A model generated the notes under the pieces. The model did no database searches. It was not told where the DNA came from and saw only the letters and a list, made by a program, of their open reading frames with translations. 64,000 bases of DNA from an uncultured Clostridia bacterium. GTDB taxonomy: Bacteria > Bacillota > Clostridia > Christensenellales > CAG-138. The DNA is taken from contig CAKTYU010000003.1 of assembly GCA_934633985.1 (NCBI GenBank), positions 9,507-73,506 of the forward strand, written 5' to 3'. This document shows positions 48,147 through 56,672 of this stretch, piece by piece (position 1 is the stretch's first letter; every line of letters begins with the position of its first letter). The position numbers were made by a program, and so were the translations under genes.

Positions 48147-48869
48147 TTCTTAAACACCACCCCTCAGCCTGCCAATGGGGCTGGCCTGCAATCAAGTGCA
48201 AACTAAGTTTCTGCCATATTCAGGACAAAAGAAACCAAAGGCAAGGGAAGGCAAAAATATGCGTAATATCATCACTTATGACAGAAACAAGGACGGTAAC
48301 TATTTTTAACAATATGATGGTTTAGAAGTTAAGCGCCAAAGTTTACTCCAAATGAAAAAGGCCTGCGTTGTTGTGTATAAGCCCATACTCACATAACGCA
48401 GGCCAAACTTGTATGTCATGAGTAGGTTTTTCAATCGCAATCGTAGTCCTATGCCTTATTAGTAACAGTACTGTGCCTCTTTGGCCGATAAGGCCCAATT
48501 TGACTCAAAGCATGTACAACATATAGGATTAAAATATCTGACAAATGAAGAACGATCATAGATTAAATAATGCTTTATAGTTTTTTAAAAGTGGCATAAT
48601 ACTGTCACTGTTTTTTTACCATACCTTTGTTATTCTTCACTATAGAAAGAGGCCACTTTCAAATATAAAGAAAAGAGGTATGAAAAAAGAGTATTAAAGA
48701 AAATCCAGCAACTTGTTCAGAATACAACGAGAGTTCAATCGAGCCTCTGTCTACGTCCCACTTAATTAGTACGAAAAGCATCACCTATAACAAGACTGAA
48801 TTTACGGAATATGTAATAGAGCAAGAGGGAACGACTTGGGGAACTGTTTTTTCGACCATTATTTTTTCC

Positions 48870-49115
48870 ATGCCAGCAGCAAAGCTCGAAGCTCTGCTCC
48901 TAACATATGTAGGGATTAAGTTTTCCTGGATTATTTATGTAGCAGACGTAGTGTTTGCAATCAAGGCCGCCATAAATACTAAAACATTGCGAGAAATGAA
49001 CGCTGGTTTGGTAAATCATGATTATATTGTTATCACAAGTAGAAACTACGAATGGTTATCTGGTAGTGGAAACCACGCTGGATACTACAGTGAAATATCC
49101 TACTCGTATATGTAA
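48870..49115 (+). CDS. hypothetical small membrane protein (the frame is open upstream of the ATG, so possibly a remnant)
   Basis: 81-aa ORF in an AT-rich, otherwise non-coding tract. The frame stays open upstream to about 48645 with no obvious start. Confidence 0.25.
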   Translation: MPAAKLEALLLTYVGIKFSWIIYVADVVFAIKAAINTKTLREMNAGLVNHDYIVITSRNYEWLSGSGNHAGYYSEISYSYM

Positions 49116-49296
49116 TCTGAATACTTAATGAGTGACCGCCTACATTTAGGGCGGCCTATTTATCCGTACCATAATTACCGTAGGAACAGCCTCAGGCCAG
49201 CAGATAAAGCAGAAGCAGATAAATGGCCGAGACTAAAAAAGCGCGCAGCGTACATAGCAGATTTTTAGCATATATCATGTTACCTCGGCTGGGCGG

Positions 49297-49761
49297 CTAG
49301 TGATAGGCAACACCGCAGGCGGCGGCCTGCGATAGCCCCGCCTTGTGCATTTGATCTGTCCTGTATTCCAAAAAGCAGCTGAAAAGCGAAAAGCACAGCA
49401 GCCCTATAATGGAAAAAAACAAATTGCGAGAGGCGTGAGGAAACAGCAGGCGTAGGATCTCCGATGCGGACATCGCCATGGCATGAGACAGCTCATATAC
49501 ACTTCTTGCAAACAGTATACAGAGGATCAAAAGCAGACATAAGGTAAGGCTCCACCGAAGGGTCAAGCGCCTTGTGCGCCCGGTAAAAGCGGGGTAATGC
49601 TGGAGCAGGGCGGTTTCCCACTCATCCGTCTTAGCCTCGGAGGCAGCCGCTTTTGCGTTAAATATGCCCAAGCCGTTGCCCATTATGCAAAGGTTGCCTT
49701 TTCTGTCGGAGATGCAGGGAAACAGCATGGTATATCGGGCTGTTTCGCCGGAGTTTCCCAA
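49297..49761 (-). CDS. hypothetical membrane protein
   Basis: 154-aa ORF with two hydrophobic segments. No motif. Confidence 0.3.
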   Translation of the reverse strand: MGNSGETARYTMLFPCISDRKGNLCIMGNGLGIFNAKAAASEAKTDEWETALLQHYPAFTGRTRRLTLRWSLTLCLLLILCILFARSVYELSHAMAMSASEILRLLFPHASRNLFFSIIGLLCFSLFSCFLEYRTDQMHKAGLSQAAACGVAYH

Positions 49762-49837
49762 AATTAAAGAAACTACCCTAAACTCACGCTTACATTGCTT
49801 CCAATATGAAAATCAAAGATTTATTGGAGGTATTATT

Positions 49838-50188
49838 ATGGCTCAGAACTTAACTTATACCCAATGCGGTGATTACTATATTCCTGATATCAGATTGGCA
49901 CACACGGGAACACATCCCCTTAGCAAATATGGCAGAATGCGCAGAGCGTTCTTGGAGCAGAACAAACCGATGCTTTTTAACGATATGGTCTTGACAGAAA
50001 CGCTGTTTCCGCACCTGTGGGAAGTACAGCAGATCTGTGAGAAACGAATGGAGTTGTTGATGACGGATTTGTTGGCGAAGAATCCAGCACCGGACAAAGA
50101 AACACAGCAGCTTGCGTGGGTAGCTCACATGAATAGCTTGAAAGCACAGGCAGAGGAAATCATCCTCCAGGAACTGGTTTATGGATAG
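49838..50188 (+). CDS. tnpV: TnpV-like transposon/ICE accessory protein
   Basis: ATG at 49838 after GGAGG. MAQNLTYTQCGDYYIPDI......LSKYGRMRRAFLEQNKPMLFNDMVL.E.LFPHL.EV matches my recollection of TnpV. Confidence 0.75.
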   Translation: MAQNLTYTQCGDYYIPDIRLAHTGTHPLSKYGRMRRAFLEQNKPMLFNDMVLTETLFPHLWEVQQICEKRMELLMTDLLAKNPAPDKETQQLAWVAHMNSLKAQAEEIILQELVYG

Positions 50189-50196
50189 GATGTTGT

Positions 50197-50460
50197 ATGA
50201 GACTGCTTGAAGAATTTTGGTACGGCAATATTGAACCTACCGAGTATGATACATCGTCCAACAAAGAGCACGAGAAATTAGTGGAGCTGATCTACAGGAA
50301 CAAAGAAAAACTCCGAGCGACGATGACGGACGAACAGAAAGAGTTGTTTGAGAAATACGCAGATTGTGTACGAGAGCATCAAACCATTACGGACTGCTTG
50401 ATCTTCCAGAACAGCTTTAAGCTGGGTGCCAGAATGATGTTGGAAATCATGGAAGAATAA
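50197..50460 (+). CDS. small conserved protein usually found next to TnpV (DUF6809-like by recollection)
   Basis: 87 aa. MRLLEEFWYGNIEPTEYD... Confidence 0.5.
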   Translation: MRLLEEFWYGNIEPTEYDTSSNKEHEKLVELIYRNKEKLRATMTDEQKELFEKYADCVREHQTITDCLIFQNSFKLGARMMLEIMEE

Positions 50461-50608
50461 AGAACATAGACGATTTGATGCCACCCATAGGAGCGATCCT
50501 TCGAGTGGCATTTTGTATCTATCAAAATGCAAAAAATGTTTTCTGACTGTCAAAAATCGGTGTTTTCAAACGTTATTATAGTTAAACGAATATGAGGGAG
50601 GTTTTGAT

Positions 50609-50767
50609 ATGTCGTCCGAAGAATTATTGAAGCAGGCGGCTGAGGAATTTGCTCTTGCCATGAATGAGAGTTTACCGAAAACGGAACAATGTCAGCATCA
50701 ATTCTCCGAAGAGTTTGAGCGCAAAATGCAGCTCCCCTGTCCTCTGTTCCAATCAGTACGCAAATAG
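50609..50767 (+). pseudogene. truncated N-terminal fragment of a DUF4367/anti-sigma-like ICE gene
   Basis: 52-codon ORF (GAGGGAGG RBS). MSSEELLKQAAEEFALAMNESLPK.EQC.H.FSEEFERKM resembles N-termini of much longer proteins in related elements. The similarity stops near 50735. Confidence 0.35.
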
Positions 50768-50854
50768 CAGTGGATGCTCCTGAACTGAGTTACAACTAAA
50801 CCCATGAATTGCAATGAAGGCTGGCCTACATGGTCAGCCTTTTTCTATGTGGAT

Positions 50855-50897
50855 TCACAACTCTTGAATTGTGTTTTTGACAATTCAAGAATTGTGA
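50855..50897. repeat. 19-bp imperfect inverted repeat
   Basis: TCACAACTCTTGAATTGTG (50855-50873) / ttttt / GACAATTCAAGAATTGTGA (50879-50897). 17 of 19 positions complementary. Confidence 0.8.
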
Positions 50898-50908
50898 AAA
50901 TCACAATG

Positions 50909-50951
50909 TAATAATACTGATATTAATAATACTGATTATAGTGATACTGAT
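50909..50951 (+). repeat. three tandem 15-bp-period repeats (core ATACTGAT)
   Basis: AATACTGAT at 50913-50921 and 50928-50936, GATACTGAT at 50943-50951. Confidence 0.8.
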
Positions 50952-51080
50952 TCTTTCCTTTCCGTTCCGGAAGGAAAGTAACGGGAAATGACTCTTTTAC
51001 TGCTATTTACCGACGGTAAATGACCATTTATTGATAATCACAAAAGCAAGGTTAATCTCGCATATAGTTGCGAATGTATC

Positions 51081-51109
51081 TTGAAAATTGCGATAAGGTT
51101 TGCTATTAT
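51081..51109 (+). promoter_or_regulatory. sigma-70-type promoter for the HTH-hsdM-hsdS-...-hsdR operon
   Basis: TTGAAA (51081-51086), 17-nt spacer, TATTAT (51104-51109), 42 nt upstream of the HTH ATG. Confidence 0.5.
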
Positions 51110-51150
51110 TATACACAGTAAGCGTGAAAGCAGAAACAGGAGGTAGACGC

Positions 51151-51369
51151 ATGGCTATTTCATATAACCGAATGTGGAAACTGCTTGTCGATAAGAAGAT
51201 GAGTAAAGCAGATTTACGAAAAGCGGCAGATATTGCTCCCAATACAATGACAAAGCTTCGCAGAGATGAACCGGTCAATCTTGCAATCCTTGGCAGGATT
51301 TGTGACGTATTGAACTGCGATTACGGTGATTTAATGCAATATGTGCCGGAGGAGAATACAAATGACTAA
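51151..51369 (+). CDS. XRE/Cro-type helix-turn-helix transcriptional regulator
   Basis: ATG at 51151 after AGGAGG. 72 aa. ..MSKADLRKAADIAPNTMTKLRRDEPV.L..L.RIC..L.C...D. Confidence 0.8.
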   Translation: MAISYNRMWKLLVDKKMSKADLRKAADIAPNTMTKLRRDEPVNLAILGRICDVLNCDYGDLMQYVPEENTND

Positions 51370-53107
51370 TAAACAGTTGAAAAATTTAAAAGATACATTA
51401 TGGACGACTGCCGACCAGCTGCGTGCTAATTCTGGTTTGAAGTCCACCGAATACGCCGAACCTATTCTCGGTTTGATTTTCCTGCGATTTGCAGATGTAA
51501 AATATAGCAAGTTCGAACCTGAGATCAAGGCAGAGTTTGATTCTATCAAGGGTACTCGTATGGAACGCCCTATCCATGAAATCGCTATCGAAAAATGCGG
51601 TTTCTATCTGCCTGAAGAAGCTCGATATGATTGGCTGCTGAATTTGCCGGAAAGCGAAGATATTGCCAAGAAGATTAAAGAAGCTATGGAAGCGGTTGAG
51701 AAATACACCGCTGAATTGGAAGATACTCTGCCAAAAGATATTTATTACAGCGTTAACAGCGAAGATGATCCGCTCGTATTGGCAAAGCTCCTGAAGAACT
51801 TCAAGGACATTCCTGCTGATGTGGAACTGGACATCTTCGGCGAGATATACGAATACTTCCTGGGCGAATTTGCACTGGCCGAAGGTCAGGGCGGTGGTGA
51901 GTTCTTCACACCCGCATCCGTTGTCCGTTACATGGTTGAAGTTCTTGCGCCTACTGAGGGTAAGATTCTCGACCCCGCCTGTGGTAGTGGCGGTATGTTC
52001 GTTCAGACTGCCCATTATATTGAAAAGCACAAGGCTCAGGGCAAACAGATGAATCTGCGTGCTTATGGCGTAGAAAAGACGGGCGCAACCGTTCGCCTGG
52101 CAAAGATGAACCTTGTCCTTAACAATGTTCGTGGCACCATTACCCATGCAAACTCCTATTACCGTGATCCTTATGATAGCTTCGGTAATTTTGATTATGT
52201 TATGGCAAATCCGCCTTTCAATGTGGATGGCGTAGAACTGGATCAGGTTAAGGATCAGCCTCGTTTTAATACCTACGGTGTTCCTCAGAACAAAACAAAA
52301 AGCAAAAAGAAAGATGCCAAGGAAACCGTTCCTAACGGCAACTACCTTTGGATCAATCAGTTTGCAACTGCGCTGAATGATACCGGTCGTGCTGCTCTGG
52401 TTATGGCAAACTCTGCATCGGATGCAGGTAACAGCGAAAAGGATATTCGTGTAAAGCTGATAGAAAGCGGCATTATCAGCCAGATGGTAACTCTGCCATC
52501 CAATATGTTTACCTCTGTTACGCTGCCTGCTACCCTGTGGTTCTTTGATAAGGCGAAAGTAAAGAAAGACGAAATTCTGTTTATTGATGCCAGAAATATT
52601 TTTACTCAAATTGACCGTGCGCACCGCAAATTCTCCGATGAGCAGATTCGGAACCTTGGTATCATCACCAGACTTTATGAAGGTAAAACAGAAGCCTTCG
52701 ATGCTCTTCTGGCAGATTATCGTGCAAAACTGGCAGATGCACCTGAAGTGTCTGACGATGAAGATATTATGCCTAAGAGTTACTGGCAATCCAATATTGA
52801 CTGGCTGACAGATCGTTTCTCTGAAGGCAAATATAGAGATGTTGTAGGTCTGTGCAAAGTAGCAGAAGTAGGGGAAATCTTGGATGAAAACGGATCTGTA
52901 ATTGGTTACAAAGAAGATAGCATTGGCGATCAGGACTTTTCTCTGAATCCAGGTCGTTATGTTGGCGTTGTAATTGAGGACGATGGCTTAACGCAAGAGG
53001 AATTCAAGCAGAGAATGATGGCATACTATGACGCTCTTACAAGACTAAATATAGAAGCTCATGGATTGGAAAACAAGATTTCTTCCAATTTGAAGGAGTT
53101 GTTCTAA
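51362..53107 (+). CDS. hsdM: Type I restriction-modification system methyltransferase subunit
   Basis: 581 aa from ATG 51362 (overlaps the HTH stop). Motif I DPACGSGGMF, motif IV NPPF. Confidence 0.95.
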   Translation: MTNKQLKNLKDTLWTTADQLRANSGLKSTEYAEPILGLIFLRFADVKYSKFEPEIKAEFDSIKGTRMERPIHEIAIEKCGFYLPEEARYDWLLNLPESEDIAKKIKEAMEAVEKYTAELEDTLPKDIYYSVNSEDDPLVLAKLLKNFKDIPADVELDIFGEIYEYFLGEFALAEGQGGGEFFTPASVVRYMVEVLAPTEGKILDPACGSGGMFVQTAHYIEKHKAQGKQMNLRAYGVEKTGATVRLAKMNLVLNNVRGTITHANSYYRDPYDSFGNFDYVMANPPFNVDGVELDQVKDQPRFNTYGVPQNKTKSKKKDAKETVPNGNYLWINQFATALNDTGRAALVMANSASDAGNSEKDIRVKLIESGIISQMVTLPSNMFTSVTLPATLWFFDKAKVKKDEILFIDARNIFTQIDRAHRKFSDEQIRNLGIITRLYEGKTEAFDALLADYRAKLADAPEVSDDEDIMPKSYWQSNIDWLTDRFSEGKYRDVVGLCKVAEVGEILDENGSVIGYKEDSIGDQDFSLNPGRYVGVVIEDDGLTQEEFKQRMMAYYDALTRLNIEAHGLENKISSNLKELF

Positions 53108-53136
53108 TGAAAGATGCAAGAAAGGAGGAAACGTAG

Positions 53137-54306
53137 ATGGACTATAAACTGTTATTTGAAGTAAGTGTATATCGTAAAGATAGAATAAGCTCGGATAAGG
53201 TCGATAAAGAAAACTATATATCAACCGAAAATATGCTTCCCAATCGTGGTGGTGTAGAAATCGCAACAACGGTTGCATCAGCAAAGACGTTTCCTGCCTA
53301 TAAGAAAGGCGATATTCTGTTATCTAATATTAGACCATACTTCAAAAAAATATGGTATGCAGATAAAGAAGGCGGCTGTTCCAACGATGTATTGGTCGTG
53401 AAAGCAAATAAAACGGTTGACAACAAGTTTCTATATTATGTTCTCTCTGATAATAATTTTTTCAATTACTCTACTGTGACTTCTAAGGGAACTAAAATGC
53501 CCAGAGGAAGTAAAAATGCAATAATGAAGTATTGGGTCCCGGATTTAGATCTTCCAACCCAGAGAAAGATTGCCGATATTTTATCCTCGTATGATGAGTT
53601 GATTAAGGCAAATAATGAGCGAATTGAGCTGTTGGAACAGACGGCGCAGGAGCTATACAAGGAGTGGTTTGTCCGTTTCCGTTTCCCCGGGCATGAAGCT
53701 GCTAAATTTGAGAACGGATTACCTTCCGAATGGGAACGAAAGCAACTGGGTGATATGATTGCATTTAATCCAACAATTACAGCCAAAGGCGCAACAGGTT
53801 TTAGATCAATTCCGATGGCTGCATTGAGTACAAATAATATGGTTATTGATGAATCACTGATTACATCAACTGATACATTAAGTGGAAGTCGCTCGCAAAA
53901 TTTGGATACGCTTCTTGCTCGAATTACACCTTGCCTCGAAAATGGCAAAACAGGGTTTGTTTTTGACCTAAAAGAGCATGAGGTTGCTGGTGGCTCTACT
54001 GAGTTTATTGTGATGCGAAGTAAGTCGTTGACTCCTTATTTTGTGTACTTTTTGGCAAGAAGTGATACTTTTAGGGAGTATGCAATTAGCAGTATGAATG
54101 GTGCAGATGGACGGCAAAGAGCCAAGGTTGACCGTTTAGAAAAATTGTGGTGGCTTCAACCCCCTCAAAAGCGACTTGAGCAATTTGACAGCAAAGTGAA
54201 GGGTTCCTTTGAACTAATTCATGCATTGACTCATCAGAACCAAAATTTGGATGCACAGCGTGATATGCTCCTTTCCCGCCTGATGAGCGGCAAATTGGAG
54301 GTGTAA
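53137..54306 (+). CDS. hsdS: Type I restriction-modification system specificity subunit
   Basis: 389 aa. Two variable TRDs separated by the conserved central helix PTQRKIADILSSYDELIKANNERIELLEQTAQELYKEWFVRFRFPG, and C-terminal ..LDAQRDMLLSRLMSGKLEV. Confidence 0.9.
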   Translation: MDYKLLFEVSVYRKDRISSDKVDKENYISTENMLPNRGGVEIATTVASAKTFPAYKKGDILLSNIRPYFKKIWYADKEGGCSNDVLVVKANKTVDNKFLYYVLSDNNFFNYSTVTSKGTKMPRGSKNAIMKYWVPDLDLPTQRKIADILSSYDELIKANNERIELLEQTAQELYKEWFVRFRFPGHEAAKFENGLPSEWERKQLGDMIAFNPTITAKGATGFRSIPMAALSTNNMVIDESLITSTDTLSGSRSQNLDTLLARITPCLENGKTGFVFDLKEHEVAGGSTEFIVMRSKSLTPYFVYFLARSDTFREYAISSMNGADGRQRAKVDRLEKLWWLQPPQKRLEQFDSKVKGSFELIHALTHQNQNLDAQRDMLLSRLMSGKLEV

Positions 54307-54308
54307 GT

Positions 54309-55133
54309 ATGAGCGTGTTTTCTCAGCGCTACGGATATAGCGAAGATCAGGGGATTCAATATGAGTGTGTTGGGAAACGCCTCAGGAATCGCCTTTGGAA
54401 TCACTTTTTCTCCGCCGAGTACGATGCAGATCCATTTAATAGGGACGATGATAGCCTTACAAACATTGAACATCTGATGGATGGGCTGGGATTGACTTTT
54501 AATATCCCAAGGTCTCCTTCTGCACGAGCAGCTAATGCAAAAAAGCTGAAGGAGTATGTGTTCGATGAGACCAAATGGTATTTGATCTATGACCTGATCG
54601 AGCGTTATGTTGGCCTTTTTAACAAAATAACGCAGCGTGAGCTTTGTAAAGAGTTTAATGAGGTTCTGGAAGATGAATGTTCTGGATACCGCTTTGTAAA
54701 GGGATTGATTACACCTATTACCAACAAGGAGGAAATCAAAACCATAGAAAAGGCAACGAATACGAAATATTCCGCCGTTAATACGCATATCAGCAAGGCA
54801 TTGGTATTGTTTTCTGATAGGCTGAAGCACGACTATGAGAATACAATCAAAGAGTCAATTAGTGCGGTTGAAGCCCTGTGCTGCATCATCACAAACGACA
54901 AAAAAGCGACTTTGGGCGATGCCTTAAAGAAATTGGAAAGCAAGGGAATCAAACTACATAAGGCACTTCAGAGCGCTATGAGTAGCTTGTACGGGTACAC
55001 CTCTGATGAGGGTGGCATACGTCATGGTAGCATTGATTTCGCCGGTGCAAGTAGCGAGGATGCAAAATATATGCTGATCTCCTGCTCTGCATTCGTAAAC
55101 TACTTGATTGAAAAATGGGAAAAGGTTAAATAA
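54309..55133 (+). CDS. AbiJ-like protein (AbiJ N-terminal-domain-4-like N-terminus, HEPN-like C-terminus), putative abortive-infection effector
   Basis: 274 aa, starting 2 nt after the hsdS stop. N-terminus MSVFSQRYGY..., C-terminal ..IKESISAVEALC...YTSDEGGIRHGS... Assigned from memory of the AbiJ/HEPN families, not by search. Confidence 0.5.
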   Translation: MSVFSQRYGYSEDQGIQYECVGKRLRNRLWNHFFSAEYDADPFNRDDDSLTNIEHLMDGLGLTFNIPRSPSARAANAKKLKEYVFDETKWYLIYDLIERYVGLFNKITQRELCKEFNEVLEDECSGYRFVKGLITPITNKEEIKTIEKATNTKYSAVNTHISKALVLFSDRLKHDYENTIKESISAVEALCCIITNDKKATLGDALKKLESKGIKLHKALQSAMSSLYGYTSDEGGIRHGSIDFAGASSEDAKYMLISCSAFVNYLIEKWEKVK

Positions 55134-55158
55134 AAACATACGGCTGAGGTGAACGCAA

Positions 55159-56661
55159 ATGGCAGAAAACAAACATTATTATGATTTTACAAATGAATTA
55201 TCTGCTGATGAAATCTATGAGGGATTACTCGCTCACGGCCTTTTTACTGAAAAGCTTCCTCCGGTGTTCACAGCAAAAGGCTTTTTCGACTATTGCGAAT
55301 CTCAGTCACCTGCTTTCCCTAAAAAACCGGCAGAATACATTTATCACGAGAGCATGAGAAATATCAACACGCCCCGTCCTTTGGGTATTCCGAATCCTGT
55401 GGCGTATCAGCGCTTGTGCAAATACATATCAGAGATATGGCCACAGCTTCAGCAATATTTTGAAGAAGAAACCAAAGCGCAGGAACATATTATCAGCAGA
55501 ACCCACATCCGCAAGATGAAGGAATCTGATTCGCTGTTTTCTATGAACTATAAGAACTGGAAAGACGATGGCACACCAGAGCCAGATTTGTTGCTTGGGG
55601 CAAAATATTTGGTTCATGCTGATGTTTCAAACTGTTTTCCGAGTATATATACTCATGCTCTTTCATGGGCATTAGTCGGTAAAGATGTAGCGAAGCAGAA
55701 CCAAAAGGACGGTTCGCAGTGGTACAACGAGCTTGATTTCCACACAAGAAATGTAAAACACGGAGAAACGCACGGATTGCTGATCGGTCCCCATGTTTCG
55801 AATTTACTGTCTGAAATCATTTTAGTTAAGATTGATAAAATATTATATGACAAAGGATGGCGTTATATCAGAAATATTGACGATTATACTTGTTATGTTT
55901 CTACCTATGAGGATGGACAGTTGTTTTTAACCGAATTGTCTGAGCAGTTAAGAGCGTATGATCTGACTCTTAACCACAAGAAAACTTCCATAGATGAACT
56001 CCCGACGGCATCCGTTGAGCAGTGGGTACGAAAAATCAACACCTTTACTGCATTTGATACCAAAGAAAAGATGAATTTTAAGGAAGTCCGTGCGTATTTG
56101 GATATGGCGGTTGAATTGATGCAGGAAAACAATGACAATGCTGCTATTTTGAACTATGCCATGAAGGTACTGGCTAAGAAACAGCTTACAGAGAATGCGA
56201 AATCGTATTATGTGAAAACAATTTTTCACTTATCTGTTATTTATCCATATTTGGTATCATTATTGGAAGAATATGTATTCAAGCCGTTTGGTGTTGAAAA
56301 AACAGTGATTTCAAAAATATCCGCTCTGCTTTATAAAGAGGGCGTAAAGCTCAAAAATTATGAAGCAGCGTGTTATGCACTGTATTACGCCAATAAATAT
56401 GAATTCGAAATCAATGAACTCGATTTTGATGTCGCAAAAAGTAGCAGTAACTGTCTGTTCTTGTTATTTAGCTACCTTTATTACGAGAAAAAGAAAGATA
56501 AAGTAGCAGTGAAATTGTGCAAAGATTATGCTCGATCACTGATGGCAACAGAAATGGATAATTTCTGGCTATTTATATACGAAGTATTGCCGCAAAGTGA
56601 TTTGCGGGATTATTGGAAGGCAATGAAGAAAAACAAGGTATCATTCCTTGTAGAAATTTAG
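55159..56661 (+). CDS. stand-alone reverse transcriptase of the defence-associated (Abi/UG-like) kind
   Basis: 500 aa. RT motifs NTPRPLGIPNP, YLVHADVSNCFPSIYTH (A), GLLIGPHVSNLLSEIIL (B), YIRNIDDYTCYV (C, xxDD), LNHKKT. About 200-aa helical C-terminal extension. No maturase/HNH, no intron RNA domains around it. Confidence 0.8.
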   Translation: MAENKHYYDFTNELSADEIYEGLLAHGLFTEKLPPVFTAKGFFDYCESQSPAFPKKPAEYIYHESMRNINTPRPLGIPNPVAYQRLCKYISEIWPQLQQYFEEETKAQEHIISRTHIRKMKESDSLFSMNYKNWKDDGTPEPDLLLGAKYLVHADVSNCFPSIYTHALSWALVGKDVAKQNQKDGSQWYNELDFHTRNVKHGETHGLLIGPHVSNLLSEIILVKIDKILYDKGWRYIRNIDDYTCYVSTYEDGQLFLTELSEQLRAYDLTLNHKKTSIDELPTASVEQWVRKINTFTAFDTKEKMNFKEVRAYLDMAVELMQENNDNAAILNYAMKVLAKKQLTENAKSYYVKTIFHLSVIYPYLVSLLEEYVFKPFGVEKTVISKISALLYKEGVKLKNYEAACYALYYANKYEFEINELDFDVAKSSSNCLFLLFSYLYYEKKKDKVAVKLCKDYARSLMATEMDNFWLFIYEVLPQSDLRDYWKAMKKNKVSFLVEI

Positions 56662-56672
56662 GAGGTGATTCT

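Noticed and set aside
50909-50951. CRISPR array check (this tandem repeat and the rest of the window)
   Set aside because: There are only three 15-bp-period copies with no spacer-sized unique intervals. No 24-48 bp repeat/spacer periodicity or cas genes were seen anywhere in the window.
51398-52789. 463-aa minus-strand ORF inside hsdM and 345-aa minus-strand ORF (57234..58271) inside hsdR
   Set aside because: The sense strands encode unmistakable HsdM (NPPF, DPACGSGG) and HsdR (DEAH, GSGKS, QTIARANR) motifs. The antisense translations have no motifs and no RBS context.
55159-56661. Retron or group II intron origin for the RT inside the R-M operon
   Set aside because: At 500 aa it is much longer than the ~320 aa typical of retron RTs. 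Only 25 nt separate it from the upstream gene, leaving no room for an msr/msd with flanking inverted repeats. No GTGCG start or domain V/VI RNA elements, maturase or HNH domain are present. The hairpin-rich tract at 59.9-60.5 kb is separated from it by hsdR and a strong terminator, so a link is unlikely, though RNA-seq could test it.
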